A DNA stretch of 64,000 nt from Chiloscyllium plagiosum (taxonomy: Eukaryota): positions 21,857,895 through 21,921,894 of the forward strand of contig NC_057719.1 of NCBI RefSeq assembly GCF_004010195.1, given 5' to 3'. How positions within the stretch are numbered: position 1 is the first letter of the stretch; every line of letters starts with the position of its first letter. Shown in pieces: positions 38,553 through 52,199 of the stretch. The position numbers and the translations under genes were made by a program. The notes under the pieces were generated by a model. The model ran no database searches. It worked only from the letters and a program-made list of their open reading frames with translations, and was not told where the DNA came from.

Positions 38553-39510
38553 CAATCCTTGAAAGTGGAGTCGCAGGTAGATTAGATTACTAACAGTGTG
38601 GAAACAGGCCCTTCGGCCCAACAAGTCCACACCGACCCGCAACCCAATTCCCCTACATTTACCCCTTCACCTAACACTACGGGCAATTTAGCATGGCCAA
38701 TTCACCTAACCTGCACATCTTTGGACTGTGGGAGGAAACCCACGCAGACCACAGGGAGAATGTGCAAACTCCATACAGTCAGTTGCCTGAGGTGGGAATT
38801 GAACCCGGGTCTCTGGCGCTGTGAGACAGCAATGCTAACCTCTGTGCCACCATGCTGGATAGTGAACAAGGTGTTTGGTATGCTTTCCTTTATTGGCCAG
38901 AATATTGAGTACAGGAGTTGGGAGGTCACGTTGCAGCCGTACAAGACATTGGTTAGGCCACTTTTGGAATATTGTGTGTTAATCTGGTCTTCTTCCTATT
39001 GGAAGGATGTTGTGAAATGTGAAAGGGTTCAGGAAAGATTTACAAGGATGTTGCCAGGGTTTGAGGATTTGAGCTACAGGGAGAGGTTGAATAGGCTGGG
39101 GCTCCCTGGAGTGTTGGAGGCTGAGGGGTGACCTTATAGAGATTTATAAAATCATGAGGGACATGGATAGGATAAATAGAAAAAGTCTCTTCCCTGTAGT
39201 GGGGGAGTCCAGAACTAGAGGCCATAGGGTAAGAGGGAAAAGATATAAAAGAGACCTGAGGGGCAACGTTTTCACACAAAAGGTAGTACTTGCATGGAAT
39301 GAGCTGCCAGAGGAAGTGCTGGAGGCTAGTACGATTGCAACATTTAAAAAGCATCTGGATGGGTATATGATTAGGAAGGTTTTGGAGGGATATGGGCCAG
39401 GTGCAAGCAGGTGGGGCTAGATTGAGTTGGGCTAGCTAGTCGTTGTGGATGAGATGGACCAAAGGGTCTGTTTCTGTGCTGTGCATCTCTATGAGTCTAT
39501 GACTCTATGA
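38553..39510 (+). mobile_element. CR1/HER1-like LINE 3' fragment interrupted by a SINE
   Basis: YKTLVRPLLEYCV..W...ERVQERFTRMLPG; CTATGAGT/CTATGACT tail. Confidence 0.88.
38580..38855 (-). mobile_element. HE1-like SINE
   Basis: Reverse-complement SINE splitting CR1 text GCAGGTAGAT|GGATAGTG. Confidence 0.85.
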
Positions 39511-41359
39511 GTAACTCACATCCTGACTCATCAAAGCCTGCCTAACAAGTCCAAATCAAGAGTGTGATAGAATGCTCCCCACTTGTGTGGATGAGTGCAG
39601 TTCCAACAACACTCAGTAAGCTTGACCCCATTCAGGACAAAGCTTGATTGACATCACATCCACAACTTTCACTCCCTCCACCACCAAACCTCAGTTGCAG
39701 CTGTGTATACCAGCTACAAGTTGTTCTGCAGAAATTCACCATGGCTTCTGAGACAGCACCTTCCAAATCCATGATCTCTACCATCCAGAAGGACAAATTC
39801 AGTAGATACCTCCTCCTGCAATTTTCCTTCCAAACCATTCACCATCCATACCTGGAAATATATTGCCAATTGCTATTCCTTCAATGTCACTGGGTCAAAA
39901 TGCTGGACCTCACTTCCCAACAGCATTGTGGGTGTACCTACATCAAATGAACGGCAATGGTTTGAGAAGCCAGCTCACCTTCTCAAGGGCAACGAGGGCT
40001 GGGCAATAAATGCTGGCCCAGCCAATGACACTCGCATTCCATGAGTGAATGAATCAAGAAAATCAGGTTCATCATTTACTGAAGTCTATCATTTCATTAT
40101 TCAATTAAAATTGTGTGTTGACTGAATTTAAGTTATGATAGAATATACAATGCTCCACTCAGCCCAAGATGCTGGCCATTCTAAAGGTGCACACTTGCAT
40201 TGTATTATCATAAAAATATCACTCTAAGTAATAACATCGCACCTGTTTATGGTTTCATAAAACAGATGCAAGTTATTAAAATAGCATATAGTGTATTTTT
40301 GTCATAGTCATAAGCTTTATAAGGGGAACAGACAGTCACGCAATCTACTTGAATTTTTATTGGTTGATTCTTCGTTAAAATGAATGGAATAATTTAGTAC
40401 ACCGTTATTTCCTTTCTACTAAAATAAAAACAAAAAAAGCAAACAATGAACTAGTTAGTGTGTATGGCACCAGATTTGTACACACACAAAGGAACATTCA
40501 ACTTAATTAGAGTTCACTCTGTTAAATAGCTCTACGAATAATTTGAGCTAAGAATTGCTGCCTAAAACCACACAGTTACATCTTTCTAAGTAATGGAACC
40601 CACTTCATTGAAACATACCAATGAGGAAATTAAATGTACTTTATTCTCAAGAAACAAGAGGCAGTGTTGGTGTTGAATTCAATTGTTTCAGGCTGGTTTT
40701 ATTTGCTTTACTCTATACTTATGTAATTTAATCATGGTTAGTTAAGATTTGGACCCACTTTCTGCTAAGATCCAATCTCTGAGGCTCTAAATTTCTTGGC
40801 AAATTTGACACAAAGCCATATTTAATTACAAAACTAAAATATTGCAGATGCTAGTAATATGATTTTTAAAAAAAAAAACCAATAAATACTGGAAATGCAG
40901 CAAGTCAAGCAGGATCTGTGGCCAGTCAAATAGATTTAATGACGGAGATTTTCCAGGTTGGGCCTCAATCCAGAAGTTGGCCGGAAATTCTCAAATAGGA
41001 ATCCAGATGGCCATAGCAGGACATCACTTGCAATTCTCTTGGATTTGGTCTATTAAATACTTATGTGGAATATATTTTTGGCTGAGATTGACTGAGGAAG
41101 AGCTAGCAAAAGGAGGATAAAAAGACAATTGGCATCAGTGAGAAGAGTGACCCTGAGGCAGAGTGCTGTCAGTTTGGAATTCTTTCATTCTTAGTCTACT
41201 ACTGTGAAAGATACAAGCTGCTTTGTGAGTGTTATCTGTTTAGGGTGTATTCCTAATTTTAAAGTAGAACAGGAACAGGTGGAAGAGTTAACAGAGAAAA
41301 ATGATAAGAAATAAGTGAATAAATGAAATAAGCAATTCATAAAAGAATCCCATGAAAGT

Positions 41360-41600
41360 TGACAGGGCAGGTGATGTGTCACAGCTGCAGCATGTAAGAG
41401 CTCCTGGATGTCACTGTGATCCAGCATAAACACATTTGTAAGGAGTGTTTGCAACTCAAGCTGCTTCAGCTCAGAATTTATCACCTTAAGGCCGAACTAC
41501 AGATATGACAACACATTAGGATTGGAGAGAATTATGAATGTTTCATATGAAGAGGTGGTCATATCCCTTAAGAATGGGTCTTCTGGTTTAGTCAATGGAC
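41360..41600 (+). mobile_element. CR1 ORF1 N-terminal zinc-finger/leucine-zipper remnant
   Basis: Translates VMCHSCSM*ELL......HICKECLQLKLLQLRIYHLKAELQ. Confidence 0.6.
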
Positions 41601-42454
41601 AAGGAATGGAGCATGTGAGCATAAGTGAGGTGGTGTGTGGACCCAGAGATTTACAGTACATGAACCTCAGTTTTATCAAATATTGAACATGTTTGAGATT
41701 CTTCCTGATGGTTAGAATGAAAGTGAGCACTGTAGGGTAGATGACTATCTGAGTGGTTAGGTATGCAGAGGCGGTAAAGACTAGTTTAGTAGGTGATGGT
41801 ATTGCAGCCCAGAGACTGGGCCATGTTCAGTCCAGCAGGTGAACTCAGTCCATGGATTTCAGGTAATTCAGTGTGCAAGCTGTGGAGTCGTCACACTGGA
41901 ATCTTGAGTTGGTAAGTCTCTATCAACCTGGTTTCAACTGAAGGCCACTGCATTACTATCTTAGACATGGAAGTGTGGTTATCATGGACTGAGGGAGAAA
42001 ATTGGGAGACCAACTGTCAAATAAAAGGTTTTGGATGGGAAAGAGGGAAGCCTGAAAGTTGATGGTTTTGGTAGGGACAGCAACCTGAAATAACCTAGAA
42101 TCGGAACATTAGTGGGGTGAAAGGGTGGGGGTGGGTGGGAGTGCTAATCCTGGACCCTGTAACTTACTTGTAGGGGTGCAAACTGGATATAAGTGCCATC
42201 TCGGAAGAAAGCTGAACACATTTACCATGGACGGAATAAGTTTCTTTTTTGTCTGTCGGGGCGGGTTGGATGTGGGTGGTGCTATGAGTCAAAGTTTGGT
42301 TGTGAATTGAGCTTTGGACATTAGCATCCTTGAATGAGCATGTGCTTCCTTGTCAAACACAAAGATAGAATGAACTTTTGCCTCCAGACAAGTGTATACA
42401 TATAAATGAAAATGCAGTCCCAAACACATGGTGGCTGTACATGTGGGACATTAG

Positions 42455-42597
42455 AGCTGAAAATGTGTTGCTGGAAAAGCGCAGCAGGTCAGGCAGCATC
42501 CAAGAAGCAGGAGAATCGATGTTTTGGGCATGAGCCCTTCTTCAGGAATAACACATTTTCAGCTCTGATCTCCAGAATCTGCAGTCCTCACTTTCTC
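42455..42597. mobile_element. Mini fold-back pLTR insertion
   Basis: TSD CATGTGGGACATTAG at 42440-42454 and 42598-42612. Confidence 0.85.
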
Positions 42598-43549
42598 CAT
42601 GTGGGACATTAGCACAGGCAAAGTCCTTTCACTAGACATTCCATTACCTTTGGCCTCAATACCCATCTCATTAAAGTGCTAAGACTAAGATGTCATAAAT
42701 AAGAGGTTTGAATGATCCCTAACTTCACTGCTATCCAGAAAGCTTCTCAGAAATGGACAATGCCTTGCTCATATAACTACTACCACTATTGGGATATATG
42801 AAGAGGGTGGTTAACTCTGAGGTGGTAGCCAGTCAATCAGATCCTCCAATTATCATCACAATCAATCAGATCCACAATGATTGAAAATGCCTATTTATTC
42901 ACAGAGAAGAAAAGGTATTTACAAAGAATTATCACCTGTAGTACCTAAATGCTGTCAAAACAGTTTATTTCTTTATAATTCCACTCTATCTTTGTGCATT
43001 CCTGTGATTCCCAGCTACGGAGGAAGGAGCCTGCACTATAGTTGACCTGGAAGATTTAGGCAGACAACTTCAGGGGTATTAATGGCTATAGACCCCAGAC
43101 ATGGCAATAGTATCATGCCACGATATAGGCTCACCTTCCTTGGTTGCAACTTGTACAAGGTTGGGGACAGAGTGAAGGTCTTCAAGCCTGACACCTGTGG
43201 AGTATAGGCAAAAGTGAGGACTGCAGATGCTGGAAACCAGAGAAGAATAGCATTACCCTGTCTCCTTCCAATGAAAGAGCACCTGAAGTAAAATTGAGGT
43301 CTCGTGTCCCCTTTCTTGCCATGATTATGATTAGCACCAATGGCTAAAATTATCAAATGCAGGTCTGCATTCATGAAGATGGCCACATGAAAGCATGCTG
43401 GAATCAACATGCGCTAATATTTAGAGGTTAGTTAACCAACCTTTAATTCTATTTCCTGAGTGCCTCTGATGACCTGACTGCTGTTCCTGTGTCTGTTCCT
43501 ACATTTGCACAAAGTTATTAATGGTCAACACTATGCAATCATTTTCTGC

Positions 43550-44830
43550 CTAGTACCAGGTCTCCAGATGTTCTCTGACTGCAGTGACCTGGATGTGCCA
43601 GAGATGTGTCAGTGATGTGCTCACGAAATTGTCCCACCGAATCTAACCGCGATAGAGTACCCGCCAAGGTGAATGTCTCTGAGCTTGTGGAAAATGCAGA
43701 AGAAAGTTTTGCAATCTATGAGAGATCTGTGGTTTCTTCCTCAGAGGTGGCGGAGGATCTGATGTGTCGAGGAGCCGGACACTCCAACAAGTTGGTTCTG
43801 TGGATGCTTTTGGTGCTTGCACCAGAGAGGTCATTAGTTAGTGCAACTGGGATAGATGTTTGAGCATCTTAAGATTACGTTAACAGAGGTGGTGATGGGA
43901 GAGGCGTCTAACACCACATAATGAGCTTACCTGATTCCCTGGACATCGAAATCTCAGTATCCCCACATATTTGGCTTTGATACTTTCCCGCCATCCTGTA
44001 GATATCCTTCTTAAAAGGAATGAGGATAAGAATGTTGATGACATCACTGTGTCATTCTCTTCTCTTCCCAGTTGAGTTATTTTCTCCTGCACTGAAACAA
44101 TAGGAAGGAATGAGTGTGATTGAAGGCTAATAGAAGACAAATAGTGATAGTGCAGGAGCAAGAGAGGTGTGAGGTACCCCCATTATTTGAGTGGGAAGTG
44201 AAGAGTGAAGGAAAGGTTACTAGCTTGGGAGTTCAGTAGAAATGCTGAATGCAGTGGAAGGTGACAGACCATAACCTTGGCAATATTATTGTGCAGTAGT
44301 AGAGCTTGAGTGAGTGCGTATATAGCAGTGAGAATGGTGACAGTTATCCTTGCAAAGTGTGCAGAGAGTCAATGATCTTCTTCCTGCATTGCTAATGTGT
44401 AACTTGGCTCAGAAAATGGCCCATGACTCAGGCAGCTCTCTGTTGGCTAAGTGCGTGACTTTGCTTCCTTTGCCTGTGTGCAGGAAAGAAAAAGAGCCTC
44501 CTTCTCATCCATCTCATCCTCAAATACCTCCAGGTCCCTGTTGGTGAAGTTGGGAGCAGATTTCCCTTTCTGGAATATGTAATTTCACTGATGGTCCCCA
44601 CGAGTACCATCCAGTGAAGGCCAGTTTGTGACTGCAATGTTCAAAGAGGTGCACAGCTGAGGTTTAAATATAGCAACAGTGGTATGAACAGTGTAAGTTT
44701 CAGCAATGGTAAGTAGTTTTATCTCTGCTCCAAGATGATGGCATGAGATGGGAGCCATGGACCTTGATAAAAAAAAATTAATAAGAAACATCACATGATG
44801 AAACAGCCACCACAAAACTCTCTGCAAATA
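43550..44830 (-). mobile_element. PIF/Harbinger remnant with Myb/SANT-like gene relic
   Basis: Minus strand: KGKSAPNFTNRDLEV... and QCRKKIIDSLH, then an acceptor-like TGCAG|GAGAAAATA (EKI..RE). Confidence 0.55.
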
Positions 44831-44859
44831 CTAGTAACCCTAGAAATGAGAAAATTCAG

Positions 44860-45600
44860 CCTTAAAAGAGGAAGAAAATAAGAGGAGCTAGCTAGAAATA
44901 TAATAACAGAAAGCAAGAGTTTCTAGAAATTCTTAAAATGGCAAACAGTAAATAAAATGAGTGTTAGTCCTCCAGATATTGTGAATATGGTGTTAATAAT
45001 AGGTAACAGGGAAATGAACAAATGCTTTGCTTCTGTCATCACTATATAGGATGCAGAAAACATTCCAGTATTAGGTCTACGTCAGGAGGGTGGAAGTGTG
45101 AGTGGAACTTTGGAACTTTACAATCGCTACTGAGTACTATTGAATAAACTGATAGAACTGCAGGCTGTCAAGTACATGGTTTCTAATGGACCTCATCCCA
45201 GTGAATTAATAGAGGTGACTCATGAGTTAGTAAGGTAAAAACAATGACTGCAGATGCTGGAAACCAGATTCTGGATTTTCGAAGCTCCTTGGATGCTGCC
45301 TGAAGTGCTGTGCTCTTCCAGCACCACTAATCCAGAATCATGAGTTAGTAACTACGTTGATGTTAATTTTCTAAAATTTGCTAAATTCTAGAAAAGTTCT
45401 GTCAAGCTAGAAATTGGAAAATATAACACCTCTGTTCAAAAAAGGGAATAATGGGTCAGTTAGCTTGATTCTGTCATGGGGAAGCTTATTGGAGTTGATC
45501 ATTTAGAAGGTTATAAATGAACACTTATAAAGTGGTAATGGGAAAGAGTCAGCATGATTTTGTCAATGTAAAATCATGTTTAACCAATTTATTGGAGCCC
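44860..45600 (+). mobile_element. Old CR1 ORF2 remnant
   Basis: Degenerate FASV, G.HP, NITPLFKKG and SQH.F...KSCLTNLLE motifs. Confidence 0.6.
45234..45337. mobile_element. Mini fold-back pLTR insertion
   Basis: TSD TCATGAGTTAGTAA at 45220-45233 and 45338-45351. Confidence 0.82.
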
Positions 45601-47615
45601 TTTAAATGAGTAAATGAGTAATATTTGCATTACAGCATCTCTGAGTAGAAAAAAAAGACATAGTATAGGGGTCTGGTTGAGAAGACCTGGGTTAAAGCCC
45701 CTTTCTGGAACATGATGGTCACCATGAGTAGCATCATGTGAAAGCCAGTTTGAGCCTGAAATATTCAAAGAAGTGGACAGCTGAGATTTAAATGTAGCAT
45801 CAATGCTATGAATGGTGGAAGGTACTAGCAGTAGTCAGCACTTTTACCTTTGCTCCAACATGATTGCATGAGCTCGGAGCAACGGGGATTGAATGCACAA
45901 TTGATGAGGTGAGCAGTGGAAATTTGCATTTGTAATAATATCTCTGAACAGGTTGGCTAGAAAATATCTAAAGGAATAATATTTGCATAAAAGCAGCTCT
46001 GGGCGAACGACAAAATAAAGATATAGCAAGGGGCTCTTGTGGCACAGTGGTAATGTCCCTTCCTCTGGGCTTGATGGCGCAGGTTCCAATCCTCTTTGCT
46101 TCAGATGTATGCTATAACATATTTGACCAGGTCAGTTAGAAATAAACAACAGAGTACATTCATTGCGAATAAAAGGAAGTCTGTAGATGGACTGAATTGG
46201 ATTTCTAGACATAAATGTTTTCTAAATCTAAAGCTTTTCACATTTGTGACATATCTGCAAATAGTGGGGCTTGATTTTCCCAGTAGGTTGTGACAGTAAG
46301 TAGATTCTTGTTATACAAGAGAAGCAAATTTTATTTAGGGTAGATGGGAATGTAGAATTTAAAACACAAATGAATCACCAATGATCATATTGAATGGCAG
46401 GACAAGCTCAATGGGCTGATTGGCCAGCTTCTGCTCTTTAGGTTGTGTGCACATTCAGGATCAGAAATTTAGGCAGAAAGGGTAAATGTTTAGGCACAAT
46501 CTTACTGATTGATGGAGTTCACTTGATGGGCTTGAGTCTATTCCTGTGTTTTCTTCTTCTTCTGTAGCTTTCTGTGGACCTGGATTATAAATCTGCAGAA
46601 GAACTACAATAAGCAATGTTTAAGCCTTGGAACCAGGTCAGCCATTGTGTCAATTCCAAAGTAATTCAAAACAGCTGTGGAATCCACCTCTAAAATCTGA
46701 ACAGTGCAACACATGAGTCAGAATTAGCATCACAATGGCAGGTGATAGTGCATAGAAAGCAACGTGCAACAATTCAAGTTATGCAATGTTGGTATAAAAA
46801 TATCCTGTCAGACAATGTCGTTAATGAAGAACAGCAATGGTTATTGATGTCACATCAGCCAGATGATGACAAACATAAAGCTAAGGTCACCTTTGCTAAT
46901 CATAAATTTTCATATTACTATACTTACTTCACTCCAAACGTACTCCATTTATTGTAAAATATTTGGGACATGCTGAAATTGTTTAAGATACTATACAAAT
47001 GCATTCCTTTCTTACTCACTCGTAGATTTTAATATGTGAACATAGGTAGCTGGCCTTCTATTAAACTGCGTCTAAAATTGTTTTTTATTTTCTGTACAAT
47101 GAAGACTGCTTTGAATTAGTTTATTGATGCCTGGTAACTTTAATATATATATAAGGCTTTAAATAGCATTCTTTTGAGTTAATCTCTCTTGAAACACAAC
47201 ATGTTAACTGCTTCCTTTGTTCAGTGAGTGCATAATTAGTTTCAATAAAGTTATACATGCATGGGTGAGATGAAAACCTTTGGCACTTCAGGGAGAAACC
47301 CATGAGCCTACAGTTATTCTCTTGTGCTTTTATTTACATAATTTGAGTCTAACTTTATTTTTAAAGATGCATTTTTAATTTGCCATGTACTGGTTTGAGC
47401 TTTATTTGTCTTGTTGTAAAAATCTTATGTGTTATGTAAAGAGCATAATCTTTTTATTTCCATTATTTTTGAACTGTGGACTAAAAGTCAAAAATATGGC
47501 TTTAAGCAACTGTAAAAGAGATGGCTGTAGTTTTTAAAATCATATTTACAGGAGCACCTTGTAGAATGTATACAATGTTGTACCTTTTTGGGACAGTGAG
47601 GACAAAAAACATTAT

Positions 47616-47950
47616 GGGCGGCATGGTGGCTCAGTGGTTAGCACTGCTGCCTCACAGCGCCAGGGTCCTGAGTTCAATCCCAGCCTTGGGCGATTGTCTG
47701 TGTGGAGTTTGCACATTCCCTCCGGGTCTGCGTAGGTTTCCTCCGGTTACTCTGGTTTCCTCCCACAATTCAAAGATGTGCAGGTTAGGTCAATTGGTCA
47801 TGCTAAATTGCCTGTAAGGATGTGTAGATACATTAGTCAGGACAAATATAGGATAGTGGAATGAGTTTAGGTGGGTTACTCTTTGGAGGGTCGGTGTGGA
47901 CTTGTTGGGCTGAAGGGCCTGGTTCCACACTGTAGGGAGTCTAATTCTAA
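47616..47950 (+). mobile_element. HE1-like SINE, full length
   Basis: A box TGGCTCAGTGG, B box GAGTTCAATCC; 3' end GAAGGGCCTG..TCCA is shared with CR1. Confidence 0.88.
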
Positions 47951-48799
47951 CAAAAGCAGACAGCACTGAACTGATGGCTTCTGACCTGAGGACAACTAAC
48001 TGATTATCATGCTTTGATTGGCTCCTGATCAGATGAGCATGTTTTATGGGAAGGAAGTGAAGCAGATAGCTATTCAATCTGCACAAGAGAAAGCATAGAA
48101 TGACTGTCTGTATCTCTCTCTCCCCCTCTCCTTCTTTTGTTGAGGTACAAGAAAGTCTCCAAAAACAGGTTGCTATCTCCATCCACCTTTATTTGAAAAT
48201 CCTCTGTTGAAGGTTAAATAAGATTCAAACAAATGGAAAGGATAAATTTGCAGCAGTGAGTGGAAGAGAAAATCATTATAACAACAGCCTTGTATCAATT
48301 GCAAAATGAACTGAAAGTACGAGAAAAAATCAAATCTTGTGGTGTAAACTGGTATTACTGAATTGTATTTCACTTTTTTTCCCCCTTTTCCACCCTAGAT
48401 GTGTATCTTAGGGTAACTATCTGCTAGAAAAGAGGAATTTACAAAGGGATAAAGTTCAGTTATGGAGGTATAAATTAGCAATTCACACTTCATTTTTGCC
48501 ATTGGTTAAAGACAATTTATTTTTAATGAACAGTTACTTTCTTGTTAAGTTCAAAAACTTTGAGTGATTTATTTTATCCTGAGTTTATCACTCAGATAAA
48601 TTGAAGACTTTAATGAACTTGACTAAATGTTTTATATTTTTGATGACTTTGGGAATAGTGTGGTTTGATTTCAGGGCATTTCTCCAGGGAGTAATGGCAT
48701 GTGTTGAATGAAGATTAACAGGAGTTTTTACAATGAATTCAGTGATAATTACCAATGATCAACCTTGCTGACTTGGAACTACTTATTTCATATTTGTAG

Positions 48800-49075
48800 A
48801 GTGCCAAATTCAGGCAGAAGATACAGAAGTTTGAACACATGCAGCAACAGGTTCAAGAACAGCTTCATCCCTGCCGTTATTAGATGGATGAATAGATGTC
48901 TGACTTCAAATAATGTTGATCTTGCTAATGTTTATCCTGCTCCTGTTGTAAACTGTTTGACTCACCGTGTCTTAGCACTCTGATCCAGATGTCCTTGTTT
49001 GCTATGATTTGCCTGTAGTGCTTGCAAACCAAAACATTTTACTGTATTAGGTACATGTGACTGCAATAAATCCAA
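48800..49075 (+). mobile_element. Rex1/Babar-type LINE 3' end
   Basis: SGRRYRSLNTCSNRFKNSFIPAVIRWMN C-terminal motif, followed by AATAAA. Confidence 0.7.
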
Positions 49076-49806
49076 TCAAGACAGATCGTTGAAAATACAG
49101 TAAAAATCTTGAAATGATAAATTGTGTTTAAGTTTATGATTTTTCAGTCTCTACCTTTTTCTCAGGCATATGTCCCAATTTTTATCTCACTCGATATAAA
49201 TTGAGTAAAAAGTGATAGACAATCAGTGTGTTTTTTCACTCCCATTAAGAAATAGAAAGAGCTGGAATAATTGAGCAGAAGAGAGAAATAGGGTTAATGT
49301 TTCCATTTGAAAATTATTCATCTTCAGAACATTCAAAACATTTCTTAAAAAGTCAATGAAATATATTAACCCCTTTCTGTTCTCTCAAAATATCCTGTCA
49401 GGCCTGCTTGAAAATTTCCAGCACATTTTATTTTTATTTCTCATTTTCAGCACACCATATTTTTTGATACTATTTTACTTCTAAATTTGCTGCCTGTGAG
49501 AGTTGTTCAACATGATTCATTGTTTATCCTGCTTGATGAGATTAGTGTGTTTGAATGCTGAAACTGGTACTAAAATAAAATTAAGATTGGCAAAGGTGAA
49601 ATGCATATCAAAAGGTTTGCTAGATCTTGGTAGGCAGCTATCTCAAACTTAATGGGCAAGTAACATTGCATTACTGTTAATAGTAAATTTTTTATTTCAG
49701 GATCACTAGTTTTTGGAAAGTATAAAAGAAGACTAAAGACTGTGAAGACTTTGCTTTGCTTATTGCTTTCTGAACTTAAATTATTAGAATAGGTAAGTAT
49801 GGTAAA

Positions 49807-49988
49807 TGTTGAGAGTATGGTGCTGGAAAAGCACAGCAGTTCAGGCAGCATCCGAGGAGCAGGATAATTGGCATTTCAGGCATGAAACGTCGATTTGCCT
49901 GCTCCTCAGATGCTGCTTGACCAGCTGTGCTTTTCCAGCACCACACTCTCGACTCTCATCTCCAGCATCTGCAGTCCTCTCTTTCTTC
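49807..49988. mobile_element. Mini fold-back pLTR insertion
   Basis: TSD AAGTATGGTAAA at 49795-49806 and 49989-50000; inverted arms. Confidence 0.82.
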
Positions 49989-50540
49989 AAGTATGGTAAA
50001 CGATTGTACTCTGCCTTATTGTCGCTCATTTGTCAGTCTGTAGCTTGGCCCTTAAAATTAGTATTACAATGTTTTGCAATACCTAGCAGCTTGCAAGAGT
50101 ACTGATAATATCTCCAGTGAGATGAAAACAGTAATACAAGTTCCTACTCATCAAAATACCAAATCCTAACCATTGAAAGGAACAAGATATTGAAAACAAG
50201 AAGAATCTGCAACATCAAACATGAGATCCAAACAAAGCTTAAAATCCCAACAATGCAATGATAGAAATCATAATTTTGAGGCATCCACAGACTAGCTTTA
50301 ATGATTGCAGTTTTATTGTATTGAATAGTCCAAGTAGGATGCAAATAGTCATTAGCAGAAGGTAATGGTAAAATGGTCTTTGGGGTTGATATCAGCGAAT
50401 TAATTGCAGTGTATCAAGTTAATTACATCCATTTTCATTGGGTCCCATTTTCCTCTTGCAGCACAAGGTAGTTTAATAACATAGTGAACTTTTGGATTAG
50501 AAATACATAACATTGCATTAAAATGTTAACCAATACACTG

Positions 50541-50885
50541 CCAGTGAAAGTTAAGCATTTTAAGAGGTTATAATCATCACAAATTATCAGACACAGTCTC
50601 AGTAGCCTGTCAATATTTGAAATGAAAATATATAGGATTGTAAAGGATTCACAGAAATGAATTTGAGGTCCTTAAAGAAACAAATGACAGTGTCAACTAA
50701 GACACTAAACCCTGACAAGTAGAGCCTCCTCATAATTCATGGCTGATTGCTCTATAGTTTATTCTAGTGCAAATTGAGCTGGAAATCTGACATTATTTTG
50801 CAGCAGTCATACCATTTTTCCTGAATTGTGCTGAAATAGAGAATGCAAAAGCTCAAAACATAAGTGCTTGTTCATTTGCAGCTGA
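50541..50885 (+). repeat. Copy 1 of a diverged direct duplication
   Basis: Aligns with 60885-61562; 50611-50676 vs 60955-61020 differ at 6 of 66 positions. Confidence 0.85.
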
Positions 50886-51189
50886 AGACTGGATTACTGC
50901 TTGAAGCATACTTACTAATGAATCGCTATTTGGATTGTACTTACGTATTGCATGTGTTTACTATTCCTTGTGATATTTTTAGCTTTCATTTAAATAAATA
51001 ATTGTAGTAAATTCTGGATTCTCACCCTTCTCCTGACTTGTCTGCATCATCATGCCGCAATTAACCATCATCTACAGAGGTTATTAGGACAGGCATGGCT
51101 TTGATAGTTTTCGGGACCAATAAACAAAAGCAAGGACTAGCTGCTGGGTTACTACTATATATTAGCCCTCTGTGGATTCAGTCGGCTTC

Positions 51190-51700
51190 TTTTTATTTGT
51201 TCACAGGATGTGAGCTTTGCTGGCGAGGCAAGCATTTATTACCCATTCCTAATGCCTTTGAAGAAGTGATGAGTTGCTTTCTTGAACTGCCTCGGTCCTT
51301 GGAGGATTGGATCGACTCACGGAACAATTTGGAAGAGAGTCCCAAGATTTTGATCCGCAGACTGTACAGAGATGATGATATAGTTCCCAGTCAGAATGGT
51401 ATGGTACATGGTACACAAGTATGGTACACTTGTCCATGCTTGTGGCCCTTATTTGCTCCCCCTGGTCTTTCTGGATGGTAAATGAAAGGTGCTGCCTAAG
51501 GACCATAAATGAGATGTTGCATTGTGTCCTGTAGCGTTATGTGGCGATTGAAGGAGTGAATGTTGAAGTTGGTGGATTCAGTGGCAGTCAAGCAGGCTGG
51601 TTTGACCAGGATGGTGTCAAGCACCATGAGTGTTGTTGGAACTGCGCTCATCCAGCCGAGCAGAGATCAATCCACCATACTGCCGAACTGTGCTGCACAG
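51190..51700 (-). mobile_element. Older LINE 3' end (38320 family)
   Basis: Reverse-complement similarity to 39550-40050. Confidence 0.55.
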
Positions 51701-52199
51701 GCTTCAGTAAGTTGGTCTAGTTAAATTAGTGAGGTTGAAAGAAAAACTGAAAATAAGTATATCTATATAAGCCTTTGCAAGACCACAGCCTTCCCAAGTC
51801 CTTTACAGCCAATGGTATTTGGAGAAATGTAGGCACTATCGTAATCAATGTGGGCACAGCAAGATCCCACTCACAGCAATATGATAATTACCAATCAATT
51901 TTTCAATGTATCATATTGATCAAGGAATAAATATTGGCCAAGACACTCCTTTTTTTCAAAATTGTGCCATGGAGTCTTTTATGCCCACTTTGGAAGGGGT
52001 CCGGGTGCACAGAGCCTCAGTTTAAATGTCTTCTGAAAGATGCAGTTGATTTCTTAACTGACCCTTACAGTGGTGCCAAGAGGGATTCATGCCATCACAT
52101 TCACACTGTGGCCCATAGGTTCTCCTGATCCATGCCCCACCTACAGAATCTGTGCTGAGGCCTCAAGTTTTTACACCTTAAATCATCGTCATTGACGAG

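Larger units (their letters stand above)
38320..40050 (+). mobile_element. Older LINE 3' region interrupted by CR1
   Basis: NILELP..KKL.. before the insertion; QIKSVIECSPLVWMSAVPTTL.KLD.IQDKA after it; 3' tail at about 40000-40050. Confidence 0.6.

Noticed and set aside
47616..47690. tRNA-like sequence with A and B boxes
   Set aside because: Head of an HE1-like SINE that continues into SINE body; not a tRNA gene.
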